A stretch of DNA of 64,000 bases from Planctomycetota bacterium (GCA_016776905.1 JADHSM010000001.1:45743-109742), one strand, 5' to 3'. Shown: positions 28,970 to 39,397, counted from the first letter of the stretch. The notes: a model not told the origin generated them from the letters alone. Numbers and translations: made by a program.

Positions 28970-29233
28970 CTATTGAAGAAAGAGTCGTTCAATGCGCCAG
29001 CCGGCTTGGGCTTCTTGATAGGCGAGTTCGAGGATGTCTCCAGTATCAACCTCAACCGTAAATCCGTGCAGGGGCGGTTGAAGAGATCTGTCGATCCAGT
29101 GGGAATGGTTTTTTTCCACCTTCAGGAGACGGCGATTCCATAAAATCGATAATATTTCGATACGGTTTGAATGAAATCGAACGATGACCTCTTCCAGAGG
29201 TTCGTCGATAATCTCCTCATGAACTTCGCTCAT
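28970..29233 (-). CDS. Small acidic hypothetical protein translationally coupled to lexA
   Basis: 87 aa. Its ATG overlaps the lexA stop (ATGA). The local GC is lower than its neighbours and I recognise no domain. Confidence 0.3.
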   Translation of the reverse strand: MSEVHEEIIDEPLEEVIVRFHSNRIEILSILWNRRLLKVEKNHSHWIDRSLQPPLHGFTVEVDTGDILELAYQEAQAGWRIERLFLQ

Positions 29234-29958
29234 CTGTTTTGATCAAATCGACGGACGAGTCCGACGAGTTTGCCGAAAACTTTGATGGATCCCATTTCAG
29301 AATTCAGTTCGAGGGGGGGGAAATCCGGATGAGCCGCTTCGAGAATGATGCGGGTTTCTTGACTGGCGTCGGTTTTTTTTCGCCAGCGCTTGAGAGTGCC
29401 TTCTCCTTCGATGGTGATGGCTGCAATCTCTCCATTCTCGACGGTCGGCTGGTTTCGAATGATGGCGAGGTCGCCATTGTGTATTCCCGCATCTTGCATG
29501 CTGTGCCCCTCAACAGTGAGTGCGACGACATGATCTTTTTGACCAAAAGCAGAAGGCGGCATATCGATCCACTCTTCTGGTTGTTGACCTGATTCCAGAC
29601 AACTTTCGATGGGGCGTCCGGCAGCGATTCTGCCGACGACGGGAATCGAGTCGGGACGTGGAGAATCTGCCTGATCTTCGATAACGGGAGACCAACTTCG
29701 GGAACCTCCTCCTGAGACTCGCGTGATCAGTCCCGCTTCTTCCAGCTTTTTGAGATGTCGATGAACAGAGGCCGGTGAAGAGAGACCCAGTTGTGTCGCT
29801 AACTCCCTGACGGTTGCCGGTCTATGACTGGAACCACGAATGAGATCGAGCATTCGTTGACGGGTGTTGTTTCCTCGCGGTGAGTCGAGGTCCGAGGTCT
29901 TGGAATCAGGAACCGCGGATTTGGATTTGAGTGACGACTTTTTTCGTGTGTTGGACAT
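29230..29958 (-). CDS. lexA: LexA repressor (S24 peptidase) with an extended basic N-terminus
   Basis: wHTH region VRELATQLGLSSPASVHRHLKKLEEAGLI, cleavage-site region VVGRIAAGRPI, and catalytic Ser in GHSM and Lys in LKRW. Confidence 0.85.
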   Translation of the reverse strand: MSNTRKKSSLKSKSAVPDSKTSDLDSPRGNNTRQRMLDLIRGSSHRPATVRELATQLGLSSPASVHRHLKKLEEAGLITRVSGGGSRSWSPVIEDQADSPRPDSIPVVGRIAAGRPIESCLESGQQPEEWIDMPPSAFGQKDHVVALTVEGHSMQDAGIHNGDLAIIRNQPTVENGEIAAITIEGEGTLKRWRKKTDASQETRIILEAAHPDFPPLELNSEMGSIKVFGKLVGLVRRFDQNR

Positions 29959-29980
29959 GGTTCATTTTCATGACAGTGAT

Positions 29981-30006
29981 GAAAGCCCCTTTTCTAGGGG
30001 GCTTTC
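29981..30006. other. GC-rich hairpin in the lexA leader, between the operator and the start codon
   Basis: gaaagcccc-ttttcta-ggggctttc. Confidence 0.6.
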
Positions 30007-30014
30007 ACACAATG

Positions 30015-30030
30015 GCGAACGAATGTTCGC
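30015..30030. promoter_or_regulatory. Putative LexA operator (Cheo-type) upstream of lexA
   Basis: gCGAACgaatGTTCGc, 58 bp upstream of the lexA ATG. It has the same GCGAAC-N4-GTTCGC core as the dinB site. Confidence 0.6.
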
Positions 30031-30056
30031 ATGTCAAGTCGGGGACTTCGAAGACC

Positions 30057-30464
30057 TTATGCCGGGGTGGCTGATGATCGAGTTCCATGTTCAACAGTGA
30101 TCGTGGGTGTCAGTCCTCCACGGACATAAAAATGCCCGGTGACTTTGAACCAGCGAGGTTCACATGCTGCCACTAAGTCATCGAGAATCTGATTGGTGAT
30201 GGCTTCATGAAACGCACCTTCATCTCGATAAGACCATAAGTACAGTTTCAAAGATTTACTCTCGACGCATTTCTGGTCGGGAATGTACTCCAATTCGAAA
30301 CGTGCGAAATCAGGTTGGCCTGTGAGCGGGCAAAGGCATGTGAATTCCGGACAATCGAAATGAATGACGAAATCCCTATTGGGATGGGGGTTAGGAAAGG
30401 TATCGAGATCACGATTAGGAATAGTAGACATTCTGTTTCCTTTTTCTGAGGTCAATGAGAACAC
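30057..30464 (-). CDS. queF: NADPH-dependent 7-cyano-7-deazaguanine (preQ0) reductase, unimodular type
   Basis: CPEFTCLCPLTGQPDFA and ESKSLKLYLWSY, the QueF signature motifs. Confidence 0.8.
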   Translation of the reverse strand: MFSLTSEKGNRMSTIPNRDLDTFPNPHPNRDFVIHFDCPEFTCLCPLTGQPDFARFELEYIPDQKCVESKSLKLYLWSYRDEGAFHEAITNQILDDLVAACEPRWFKVTGHFYVRGGLTPTITVEHGTRSSATPA

Positions 30465-30678
30465 CGGTATATTAGCGGCCGAAGGAGCAGATGGGGAGGT
30501 TGAGGATCTAGGATTCGTGGATGGCCTTGAAATGGCGAATTAGTGGGTGTAAAGGCAAAAACAGATGGATATATTTAGTAGACAGTGATGTATACGATGT
30601 AATAAAAACATGCTGATCCGCACGCTTGGTGTGGAAATATCAAGGATTGATTCGTTATCAAGCCGAGGGTTGAGTTGA

Positions 30679-31347
30679 ATGGCTATTTCGAAAATTTTAA
30701 TTCTGGGCAATGGCCCTGAACTGAGGCGTGTGCTCTCTGTTCTTGAAGCCGATCCCGAAAAAGAGTGCGTGGGTTGTGTTTCTTGGAAGGTTTCAGATCC
30801 TTCTAATGAGGCCATAGACCCTAGTCTAGGAATGCACTTCTGGAGGGGGACCGCCGAGACTCTCCAAGAATTGATCGCCGCCCAATCAGCAAAAATCGCA
30901 ATTGCGATCTCTTCCGCTCAAGAACGCTGGAAAGCTCTCAGCCTTCTCAATTCGCTGTCCATAGTTCCAGAGATACTGATCTCCGAAGGTGCAAGTGTCG
31001 ACGACAGTGCCATCATCGGGGCGGGTAGCGTTATCCACCAAGGAGTTATCTTGGAAGAGGGAGTCAGTGTGGGTCACGGGTGTCTCTTATTGCCAGGAAG
31101 TCGTATGGGTGTCGGTTCTCGATGTGGGGACGCCTGTATCATGGAGTCCGGCAGTCAGGTCGAAGATATGGGGCGATTAGGGGACGAGGTTCACCTGGGG
31201 ACTCGTACTGTCGTCTTATCTGAGCGAATTGTCGGCCCAGGATCATTGATTCTTCCCGGATCGATAGTGACTTCAGACGTGGAATCGGGTGTCATTGTGA
31301 GCGGTACCCCGGCGTCTGTGATTGAAAGCTCAACTTCTTCTGAATAG
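30679..31347 (+). CDS. Hexapeptide-repeat sugar N/O-acetyltransferase (NeuD/PglD-like)
   Basis: N-terminal Rossmann-like domain plus a left-handed beta-helix with hexapeptide repeats (IIGAGSVIHQGVILEEGVSVGHGCLL). Confidence 0.6.
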   Translation: MAISKILILGNGPELRRVLSVLEADPEKECVGCVSWKVSDPSNEAIDPSLGMHFWRGTAETLQELIAAQSAKIAIAISSAQERWKALSLLNSLSIVPEILISEGASVDDSAIIGAGSVIHQGVILEEGVSVGHGCLLLPGSRMGVGSRCGDACIMESGSQVEDMGRLGDEVHLGTRTVVLSERIVGPGSLILPGSIVTSDVESGVIVSGTPASVIESSTSSE

Positions 31348-31439
31348 AACACCTGTTCTGCAGATTGAAAGTGAAGAGCAGAAAAGCCAAAGCTGGGGGG
31401 GATATATCCCCATTCGATTTTCCGGGAAGAGAGAGCAAA

Positions 31440-32864
31440 ATGTCTGAGAGTACACCGCATTCTAGCGATGAAGATAGTTCAGGCGAAACGAGCTCAGGAC
31501 TCATCCTGAATACGACAAAAGATCAGGGATATAAACCTCCACGACTCTTTAACGAAATCCTTCCTACTGGAGGAGTGATACGCCGGCGCTGGGAAGATTT
31601 CAGAGTGGAAGAGATTCCTCTCTACACTCCATGCGGTTCTGGAGAGCATCTCTACATAACAATAGAGAAGCGAAACAGAACTACACTTCAAGCTCGAAAT
31701 CATCTCGCGAGGGTATTTGAAGTCTCACCGGACGATGTCGGGTTCGCAGGTTTCAAAGATAAACGTGCCATCACTACACAGACTTTTTCTCTCCCTGTTC
31801 TTTCTGATACAAAAGTTAAAGATGTCGAAGAGCATTGGATAGAAGTCAAGGAAGTCCAGAGACACAAAAATAAGATTCGTACGGGGCATCTTGAGGGAAA
31901 TCGATTTGAAATCCTGATCAGGGAAACTCGTGAAGATTGCCTTGAAGATGTCACTAAGATTCTTTCAAAGATTGCTCTGCATGGGCTTCCCAATTTTTAT
32001 GGACCTCAGCGATTTGGCATCCATGGAGATGGCGCAAAAGTAGGTTCTGCTTTGCTCCGGAGAAAAATTGACAAGGCCCTCGATTTGCTATTGGCCCCAA
32101 GTGAAGGCATCGTTGAGGAATACCGGGACGCTTACGCCGCTGGTGATATTCAACAAGCTCTGCAGCTTTTGCCCCCGGGAAGAAACACAGAGTTGGCGAT
32201 GCTGAAATCGCTGCGTTCTCACCCTGATAATATGCGTGCCGCTGCAAGACGGATTCCTAGACCGCTTCGGAAAATGTACTACTCAGCTTATCAGTCAGAA
32301 CTTTTCAACTGGGTTCTTATCGAACGAATGGATCGATCTCCTGATGCATATCATTCGCCATGGGCGGGTGATATTTGCCAGTTAGAGGGAAGAAGATCAA
32401 GGTTTCATGTTGATCTGGATCCCGTGGCCCATCAGATAGAGGTGGAACGCGCAGCAGCGGGGGAGGTGTCTCCCACAGGACCGATATTTGGTCGAAAGAT
32501 GAAACCACCACTCGGGCTCGCAGGTGATGTTGAAATGGCGATTTTGGAAGCAGAAGGATTAAGAGCGGAGTCGTGGCTCTCTCATGTGAGAGGTCTTGAT
32601 CTGGATGGGTCGAGAAGGCCGCTGAGAGTTTCTGTTGGCGATCCTGAAGCCAGTTGGCACAAAGGTGAAGAGGGAGAGGAAGGGTTGATGATCAAGTTCT
32701 CGCTGCCAGCGGGCTCATTTGCCACCACGCTCCTTGATCAGATCATGGGCCCGGAAGTCTCCCGAGTCGAAGTCGACTCGGGAGACTCCCGTGAGTTGGA
32801 GTCGCAAGACTCCCGTGAGTTGGAGTCGCAAGACTCCTGTGAGTTGGAGTCGCAAGACTCCTGA
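31440..32864 (+). CDS. truD: tRNA pseudouridine(13) synthase TruD with a repetitive C-terminal tail
   Basis: AGFKDKRAITTQ holds the catalytic Asp motif. ATG at 31440 follows GGGAAGAGAG. The C-terminus carries (DSRELESQ)x3. Confidence 0.75.
   Translation: MSESTPHSSDEDSSGETSSGLILNTTKDQGYKPPRLFNEILPTGGVIRRRWEDFRVEEIPLYTPCGSGEHLYITIEKRNRTTLQARNHLARVFEVSPDDVGFAGFKDKRAITTQTFSLPVLSDTKVKDVEEHWIEVKEVQRHKNKIRTGHLEGNRFEILIRETREDCLEDVTKILSKIALHGLPNFYGPQRFGIHGDGAKVGSALLRRKIDKALDLLLAPSEGIVEEYRDAYAAGDIQQALQLLPPGRNTELAMLKSLRSHPDNMRAAARRIPRPLRKMYYSAYQSELFNWVLIERMDRSPDAYHSPWAGDICQLEGRRSRFHVDLDPVAHQIEVERAAAGEVSPTGPIFGRKMKPPLGLAGDVEMAILEAEGLRAESWLSHVRGLDLDGSRRPLRVSVGDPEASWHKGEEGEEGLMIKFSLPAGSFATTLLDQIMGPEVSRVEVDSGDSRELESQDSRELESQDSCELESQDS
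32761..32864. repeat. 22-bp perfect palindrome, then a 24-bp x3.4 in-frame tandem repeat at the truD 3' end
   Basis: cccgagtcgaagtcgactcggg, followed by (gactcccgtgagttggagtcgcaa)x3 up to the stop codon. Confidence 0.85.
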
Positions 32865-32867
32865 AAC

Positions 32868-35078
32868 TCATCGGGCGACTGGAATCTGTCCCTGTGCGAT
32901 TTCTAGAATCTTGAAGGATTGAGTTCCAGTGGGAAGTTCTACTTCAAATTCTTCTCCAGCACGTTTTTGAAGAAGAGCTTTTCCAAGTGGAGAAAGATAT
33001 GAGATTACTCCGTCATCGGGGCCACCATCCCAGGGGCCAAGAATGGAGTATGTGACCTCTGAATCAGTTCCGACGTTAAAGATCTTCACACAACTGCCGA
33101 GACTGACCTGGTCCGTCGTCGCCTTGGTTGGATCAATGATCTGAGCGCGATCGAGTTCTGATTGGAGTTCGAGGACTTTTCTATTCAGGTTCTCACGCTC
33201 TTCGATCGCAGAAGTGAATTCAGCATTTTCACTGAGGTCTCCCAGCGCTGCTGCATCTCCAATCGCTTTGAAAATCGCAGGCAGTTTTTCGTTTCGGATC
33301 TCTGTAAGTTCTTTTTGAACCTTGTCCATACCATAGGTGGTGGAGTAAATGGTGTCTCTGCTTGAGACTTCCACTTTCACTACTTTTTGGCCAGAAAGAA
33401 CCTTGGGGAACTTTCTGAGAATGACGGCTTTCAGCTTTTCAATATTGGCAACACTGATAGTTCGCAAGCTAATAATCAAATCATAGAGTGCTCGTGCATC
33501 ATTGGATTTAGAACTGTCGAGAGTTTTGTTGAGTAAGTTGAATGGCTTTGCAGTGAGGTGCTGACGAAAACGTTTCACCGTTCTTTGCAGACCAGGATCA
33601 TCCGTAGTTGTATTCAAAGTGAGAGCGAGTCTGTCGAGTAGTGATAGGCACTGTCTGACAAGATCAGAAGTGGAAATCCCTTCCAGCATTGGGAAGTCTG
33701 CGGTATTTCCTGCAGCAGCTCGTCTCGCGAGGAACAGGAACAAGAGGGGCGATTTGCTCGGCTGTTGAAGTGAATCCATGCAGTTATCATGCATTTGATT
33801 CATAGTGCCTTCTGCTTTGAATTTTGTGATCAAAAGTTCGCGGAGAACGTCGTCTGATTCAAGGAACAATTCCGAATCGTTATTCGTGAATTCTTCAGGG
33901 TTGAGTCGTATGAGAATTTCCAACGTCTCATTAATCTCATCTTCTCGAGTAATATTGTTGAGAAGATTGGAGAGACGTTTTTCCTTCATGGCGAGTGCGC
34001 CGATAGCCATTTCTTCTTGGCCATTGGAAGCATGCTCCCTGAGAAGGAGGAGTGCTGAGACTCTTTCCGAACGAGGTAGATCTCCTCTGTCGACATCTCT
34101 TCGGAGACGGGTGAACCCTTCTTCCAATACCGAGATTTGATCAGGACCGACCTCCACTAGGGATTCCCTGATCGATTGAAGTAACTCGGAAGGAGAGAGC
34201 CCCTTAAACTTGCGTGTGAGGCTGGTATTCAAGGCTTCAGGTGTATCTAGCAGATACAGCTCATTATTCTTGCCGCCGGTTTGACCGATGAGCGGCTCCT
34301 TTTTGAGAGCATTTCTGGTCTTCGTCCACCATTTACTCCACGAGCTGGTCGGAATCGCTGTTCCTGCAATCAGGTCTTTCACCCGTGGCAATGGTAAAGG
34401 TTTTGAGGAGGTTCGGAGGGCGAGCTTGATCAGTTCGACCGGTTCTTTTTCCGCCAACTCTTTCAGGTCTTCAGGCCTTCTCCATGAGACGACAAGAAAG
34501 TGATCATGATCGAGTGGAGTACAGATCTGGGGGAGGGCTTCCAATTTCATGGAGTGCCCTTCTTTTTTCTGAAAATCGACGATGGCGGTTTCAGTCTTAG
34601 TGTCGAGAGATTTGACTTCTCCCACTCCCCATCCGGATCGGTGTTTGACGAAGGAGCCGGGTTGGTAGTGAACCATTCTTTTAAAGAGTGGAATCACATC
34701 CCCGGGTCGAGTTCCTTCCATGAGGCCTGAGTTTTTAACGCAGGTATCAAACCCATCAATGTGTCCGAAGTTATCTTTGTATGAATCGAGTAGCAGGTTC
34801 CGCATCGGTTCGCTTCTCGGGAGAGTGCATGCCAGAGCCTCGATGAATTCGAGTTTCTTTTCTGGAACCAAAGTGTCAGCGTTCCCTGACTGATAGATGA
34901 GTTCCAGCATTTGTCCGGCACGTTCTTCGCAACCATTTGCAATAGCAGAGCGGGCGGCGGTCAAATAATCAGGAAACTTGACATTGCCACTTTCGATGGC
35001 ATCCAACCAGGCTTCTTCATAATCGTCCCAGGACTGATCTTTCATGGCGCGTTCAGCACGATCCAGAAATTGCGACAT
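32868..35078 (-). CDS. Large GreA/GreB-domain protein (C-terminal Gre factor fold; N-terminal possible CarD/TRCF-like RNAP-interacting module)
   Basis: The C-terminus has ALGDLSENAEFTSAIEERENLNRKVLELQSELDRAQII plus an FKBP-like Gre C-domain. SFVKHRSGWGVGEV resembles a CarD-type RNAP-interacting domain. ATG at 35078 follows AGGATGG; the ORF-track start at 35162 overlaps hutI. Confidence 0.55.
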   Translation of the reverse strand: MSQFLDRAERAMKDQSWDDYEEAWLDAIESGNVKFPDYLTAARSAIANGCEERAGQMLELIYQSGNADTLVPEKKLEFIEALACTLPRSEPMRNLLLDSYKDNFGHIDGFDTCVKNSGLMEGTRPGDVIPLFKRMVHYQPGSFVKHRSGWGVGEVKSLDTKTETAIVDFQKKEGHSMKLEALPQICTPLDHDHFLVVSWRRPEDLKELAEKEPVELIKLALRTSSKPLPLPRVKDLIAGTAIPTSSWSKWWTKTRNALKKEPLIGQTGGKNNELYLLDTPEALNTSLTRKFKGLSPSELLQSIRESLVEVGPDQISVLEEGFTRLRRDVDRGDLPRSERVSALLLLREHASNGQEEMAIGALAMKEKRLSNLLNNITREDEINETLEILIRLNPEEFTNNDSELFLESDDVLRELLITKFKAEGTMNQMHDNCMDSLQQPSKSPLLFLFLARRAAAGNTADFPMLEGISTSDLVRQCLSLLDRLALTLNTTTDDPGLQRTVKRFRQHLTAKPFNLLNKTLDSSKSNDARALYDLIISLRTISVANIEKLKAVILRKFPKVLSGQKVVKVEVSSRDTIYSTTYGMDKVQKELTEIRNEKLPAIFKAIGDAAALGDLSENAEFTSAIEERENLNRKVLELQSELDRAQIIDPTKATTDQVSLGSCVKIFNVGTDSEVTYSILGPWDGGPDDGVISYLSPLGKALLQKRAGEEFEVELPTGTQSFKILEIAQGQIPVAR

Positions 35079-35116
35079 CTTTTTCCATCCTATTGGCACA
35101 CGGGGTGCCTCTTCGA

Positions 35117-36349
35117 TCAACTGTGGACTGGAGGCCCGGAAATCCGGTTTCCACCTGCCCATACTGTACGAGACAAATCGTTAGTGAATTCGTAAATCAA
35201 AAAATCTTCGTCAGGAGCATCCCAAAGAATGAGGTCCGCTCTTTTCTCAACGTCTATGGATCCGCAGATCTCACTTCGTCCCAATGCTTTCGCGCCCCCC
35301 AAAGTGGCCGCTTCAAGTGCCTCTAAAGGGGTCATGTTCATACGCTGGACGGCAAGTCCCATGATGAAGAGCATGCTCTCGATGGTGCATGACCCCGGGT
35401 TTCTATCCGTGGCCAAGGCCACATCGAGGCCAGCATCGATCATTTTGCGAGCTGGAGCATATGTCGGCTTCGACAAGAAAAAGGTGGTTCCGGGGAGCAG
35501 AGTCGCCACGACTCCTGCTTCTTTGAGAGCTGCGATACCTTCTGGTGGTGTCATCATCAGGTGATCCGCACTGATAGCGCCGACCTGAGCGGCAACGAGA
35601 GAACCTCCAGAAGCGGCCATTTCGTCCGCGTGGATCTTTGGTTTCAATCCATGGGCGATACCGGCTTCGAGAACCGCTTGGCTCTCTTCGGGGTTAAAGA
35701 CGCCCCGTTCACAAAAGACATCACAAAACTCTGCAAGCCCCTCGCTGGCAACAGCGGGAATCATTTCTTCGCAGACCATTTGAATATATCGGGATCGATC
35801 TTCACGCCACTCATCGGGAGTTTCGTGAGCGCCCATGAAAGTGGGGACGATTTCAGCAGGACAATCCTTAGCAAGGATCGCTATGGCCCGAAGCATTTTT
35901 AGTTCTGTTTCGAGATCCAGACCATATCCACTCTTGATTTCGATGGTTGTCGATCCGGAGGCCATCATCCTTTGGATTCGAGGAAGAGCATCTGAAACGA
36001 GAGTATCGAGATCCGTATCCCGAGTCATTCGTACCGAGGCTCTGATTCCGCCACCTGCGGCTGCTATTTGTTCGTAGTCCGCGCCCGCACAGCGTTGGAC
36101 AAATTCCCCAGCACGCTGGCCACCAAAGATCACATGAGTATGAGAATCCACAAATCCGGGAGTGATGAGTTTGCCTGTGGCATCGATCTCTTCCCGAGGA
36201 TGGAAAAGACCGGCGATTTCACTCGCCGGTCCGATAGCCTTGATTTTCCCTGAATCGATCGCAATCGAGAACCCCTCGTATACTCCTTTGTTTCCGGAGA
36301 CCACCCTTTTGGCGTTTGAGAGGAGGAGATCAATAGGCTTCAAAGTCAT
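35117..36349 (-). CDS. hutI: Imidazolonepropionase
   Basis: [13 protein letters not shown], with the amidohydrolase metal ligands. Its stop overlaps the hutU start. Confidence 0.85.
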   Translation of the reverse strand: MTLKPIDLLLSNAKRVVSGNKGVYEGFSIAIDSGKIKAIGPASEIAGLFHPREEIDATGKLITPGFVDSHTHVIFGGQRAGEFVQRCAGADYEQIAAAGGGIRASVRMTRDTDLDTLVSDALPRIQRMMASGSTTIEIKSGYGLDLETELKMLRAIAILAKDCPAEIVPTFMGAHETPDEWREDRSRYIQMVCEEMIPAVASEGLAEFCDVFCERGVFNPEESQAVLEAGIAHGLKPKIHADEMAASGGSLVAAQVGAISADHLMMTPPEGIAALKEAGVVATLLPGTTFFLSKPTYAPARKMIDAGLDVALATDRNPGSCTIESMLFIMGLAVQRMNMTPLEALEAATLGGAKALGRSEICGSIDVEKRADLILWDAPDEDFLIYEFTNDLSRTVWAGGNRISGPPVHS

Positions 36350-38034
36350 CGCCGTCGGTCTCGATTCATGGGTATCCAGACGTCCTTTTCATCAGCGAAA
36401 GAACGTGCGTCTTCATAACCCGCATCGACGTGTCGGAAAATTCCCATTCCGGGATCGTTGATCAGGACTCTCTCAAGTCTCTTTGCAGCTTCAGGTGTTC
36501 CATCAGCGACAACCACCATTCCAGCATGAATGGAATTGCCGATTCCGACTCCGCCTCCGTGATGCAGGGAAACCCAAGTGGCTCCGCTGGCTGTATTGAG
36601 CATGAGGTTGAGGAGGGGCCAGTCAGCGATGGCATCTGATCCATCCAGCATCGATTCCGTTTCCCGATTAGGGGAGGCCACAGAACCACAATCGAGATGA
36701 TCTCGACCGATCACAATAGGAGCAGAGATTTCACCGCTGGCGACGAGTTCATTGATGCGAAGTCCTAGGCGGTGTCTTTCTCCGTAGCCGAGCCAACAGA
36801 TTCTGGAAGGCAGTCCCTGGAATTGGATTCGTTCACGTGCGGTTCGTATCCAATGACAGAGATGTTCATCATCGGAAAATAGGTCGAGGACGGCTTCGTC
36901 TGTTTTGTAGATGTCTTCAGGATCTCCACTGAGTGCGACCCAACGGAAGGGACCTTTGCCCTGACAAAAGAGGGGTCTCACGTAGGCAGGGACAAAGCCG
37001 GGGTAATCGAATGCATTTTCAAGTCCAGCATCCTTGGCTTGTCCGCGCAAATTATTACCATAGTCAAAGCAAATCGATCCGGCGTTCATCAAGCCGATCA
37101 TCGCTTCACAATGGATTCTCATCGATTCTTTGGAAAGAGTCTCATATCGGTCAGGATCCTCTTCTCGGAGTCGCTGAGCCTCACTACAGGAGACCTGGTG
37201 AGGGATATATCCATCCAGCGCATCGTGAGCACTCGTTTGGTCAGTGACCATATCTGGAACGATGCCTCGTTCCAGAATCGCAGGCACTATTTCTGCAGCA
37301 TTACCCAGAATTCCTACAGAGCGTGCTTCTCCGGATTCACATAGTTCGTTGATGCGATTCAATGCTTCATCGAGATCCTCGAAGGATTCATCGAGGTATT
37401 TCATTTCGAGTCGTCGTTGGATGCGTGCGGGATCGACTTCGATATTGAGAGATACCGCACCGGCGATGGATGCCGCGAGGGGTTGGGCCCCTCCCATGCC
37501 GCCGAGTCCAGCGGTGAGAATCCAGCGACCTTTGAGGTCTCCATTGAAGTGCTGTCTTCCTGCCTCGACAAAAGTTTCATAGGTACCTTGAAGAATTCCC
37601 TGGGTACCGATGTAGATCCATGAACCGGCGGTCATTTGCCCGTACATGATGAGGCCTTCTGCCTCCAGTCTCCGAAACTCTTCTATGGTTCCCCAACGAG
37701 GGACGAGATTTGAGTTAGCGATAAGAACGCGAGGTGCATCAAGATGGGTTTTTGCTACGCCGACAGGTTTACCACTTTGTACAAGTAATGTTTCGTCGGG
37801 AGCCATTTCGCGGAGAGTAGAACAGATCGCTTCGAAGCAATCCCATGTTCTTGCTGCTTTGCCGGAACCCCCGTAGACGACGAGATTGTCGGGGTCTTCT
37901 GCAACCTCGGGATCGAGATTGTTCATCAGCATTCGAAGGGGGGCTTCAATCAACCAGCTCGAGCAGCTGAGCTCTGTTCCTCGAGGGGCTTTGACACTAC
38001 GAGCGGATCCAAGGATATCGGGATTCAATGACAT
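36346..38034 (-). CDS. hutU: Urocanate hydratase
   Basis: [31 protein letters not shown]...[12 protein letters not shown]. The ATG at 38034 (MSLNPD) is preferred over the GTG at 38100. Confidence 0.85.
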   Translation of the reverse strand: MSLNPDILGSARSVKAPRGTELSCSSWLIEAPLRMLMNNLDPEVAEDPDNLVVYGGSGKAARTWDCFEAICSTLREMAPDETLLVQSGKPVGVAKTHLDAPRVLIANSNLVPRWGTIEEFRRLEAEGLIMYGQMTAGSWIYIGTQGILQGTYETFVEAGRQHFNGDLKGRWILTAGLGGMGGAQPLAASIAGAVSLNIEVDPARIQRRLEMKYLDESFEDLDEALNRINELCESGEARSVGILGNAAEIVPAILERGIVPDMVTDQTSAHDALDGYIPHQVSCSEAQRLREEDPDRYETLSKESMRIHCEAMIGLMNAGSICFDYGNNLRGQAKDAGLENAFDYPGFVPAYVRPLFCQGKGPFRWVALSGDPEDIYKTDEAVLDLFSDDEHLCHWIRTARERIQFQGLPSRICWLGYGERHRLGLRINELVASGEISAPIVIGRDHLDCGSVASPNRETESMLDGSDAIADWPLLNLMLNTASGATWVSLHHGGGVGIGNSIHAGMVVVADGTPEAAKRLERVLINDPGMGIFRHVDAGYEDARSFADEKDVWIPMNRDRRR

Positions 38035-38289
38035 CGGACGGAGATCCCTTTCCACAGGGTGACATTGAAGTACCGGATTCACCCTGAAAGTGGATGCCAC
38101 CAGAAAGATCGGGGTGATGCAACCGAAACAGAATCGATCATTCAGACTGATCGAAAACGGGAGAGGACTCGAATCTGGGTTCCGGAGAGTGTTAGAATGT
38201 CATCGTGACCTTGCCAATCCCGGCTTCAGATCATTAGAAGCATCCGGTAGGTTTGTTGGAGTCATGTAGAATCGGAGTTAGATCCTGAA

Positions 38290-39141
38290 ATGAAGATCAC
38301 ACGTGCCAGAGCCCTCGGAACCTGTTTTGGAGTTAGGGATGCCATTGAGGCTGCCCTTGACCCCGCATTTAAGGGTGATCTGACGATCGTGGGCCAGCTG
38401 GTTCATAATCCTCAAACAGTTCAGAAATTACGGGATCATGGCGTCCAGATGGTCGATTCACTCGATGACGAAATAGAGTCTCGAAATGTGATGATCACGG
38501 CTCATGGGACGGCAGAAAGTGTGAAAGAAAAACTGTCCGACAGGGGATTCACTGTTTATGACGCCTCCTGTCCTCTGGTGCTGAGGGTACATACCGCTGT
38601 AAGAAGGCTTGTTTCTGAAGGCTGGCACCCCGTTGTTTTTGGCCAGGAAAAACACGTTGAGGTTCGTGGGATCGTGGGTGATCTCGAGGATTACACGGTG
38701 GTCGGTGGCAGTGGGGATATCGAAAAGTTGGCTGGGAAAGCCCGCATAGGCATCGTTTGCCAGACCACCCACAGAATCACGGAGGCCCGGGGCATCCTCG
38801 ACGAGATTAGAAATCGTTTTCCTGAAATGGAAGTTGAGTTTGTCGATACCGTCTGCAAGCCGACCAAGGACCGCCAAAGTGCAGTTGAGGAATTGGCCGA
38901 CGATCTGGCGAGGGGGCAGGGAGTCATGGTCGTCGTGGGCGGCTACAACTCTTCGAACACCCGAAAATTACTTGAAGTTTGTAGCGAACGTCAGGTGACG
39001 GCTCATCACATTGAAAATGAAGATCAGTTGGAATCCGCCTGGTTCACGGGTGTGGAACATGTGGGAATCACCGCTGGAACTTCAACTCCACACGAAGTGG
39101 TCGATGCGGTTCACGTTAGAATTACTGAATTATCTCGATAA
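38290..39141 (+). CDS. ispH: 4-hydroxy-3-methylbut-2-enyl diphosphate reductase
   Basis: LGTCFGVRDAI...CPLVLRVH...TVCKPT carry the three conserved Cys of LytB/IspH. Confidence 0.9.
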   Translation: MKITRARALGTCFGVRDAIEAALDPAFKGDLTIVGQLVHNPQTVQKLRDHGVQMVDSLDDEIESRNVMITAHGTAESVKEKLSDRGFTVYDASCPLVLRVHTAVRRLVSEGWHPVVFGQEKHVEVRGIVGDLEDYTVVGGSGDIEKLAGKARIGIVCQTTHRITEARGILDEIRNRFPEMEVEFVDTVCKPTKDRQSAVEELADDLARGQGVMVVVGGYNSSNTRKLLEVCSERQVTAHHIENEDQLESAWFTGVEHVGITAGTSTPHEVVDAVHVRITELSR

Positions 39142-39397
39142 ATGCGGGTCTTGAGGGAGATTTACCCGAGGACTAAATGGACCCTAGAGTCCATTATTGC
39201 GTCGCTTTCCACGGCAATTTATTACCCTAGGTCGTTTTCGGGGTTTCCCATGAGGTCATTCTTATAGATGGCGTCGATTGACCGAGAATTTCCCCATATC
39301 TCGGTTACACTGGAATTTGTAAATATAGGTCTAAACAAGACCCCACTGAAATCAAGGTTACCGGAGAGACGGTGACTGAGAATCGATTGGAAGTTGG

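Noticed and set aside
30465-30678. preQ1 riboswitch upstream of queF
   Set aside because: I read the queF leader on the minus strand and recognised no preQ1-I or preQ1-II consensus, nor a Moco motif in the roughly 100-nt moaA leader (60592-60694). Neither is called without covariance-model support.
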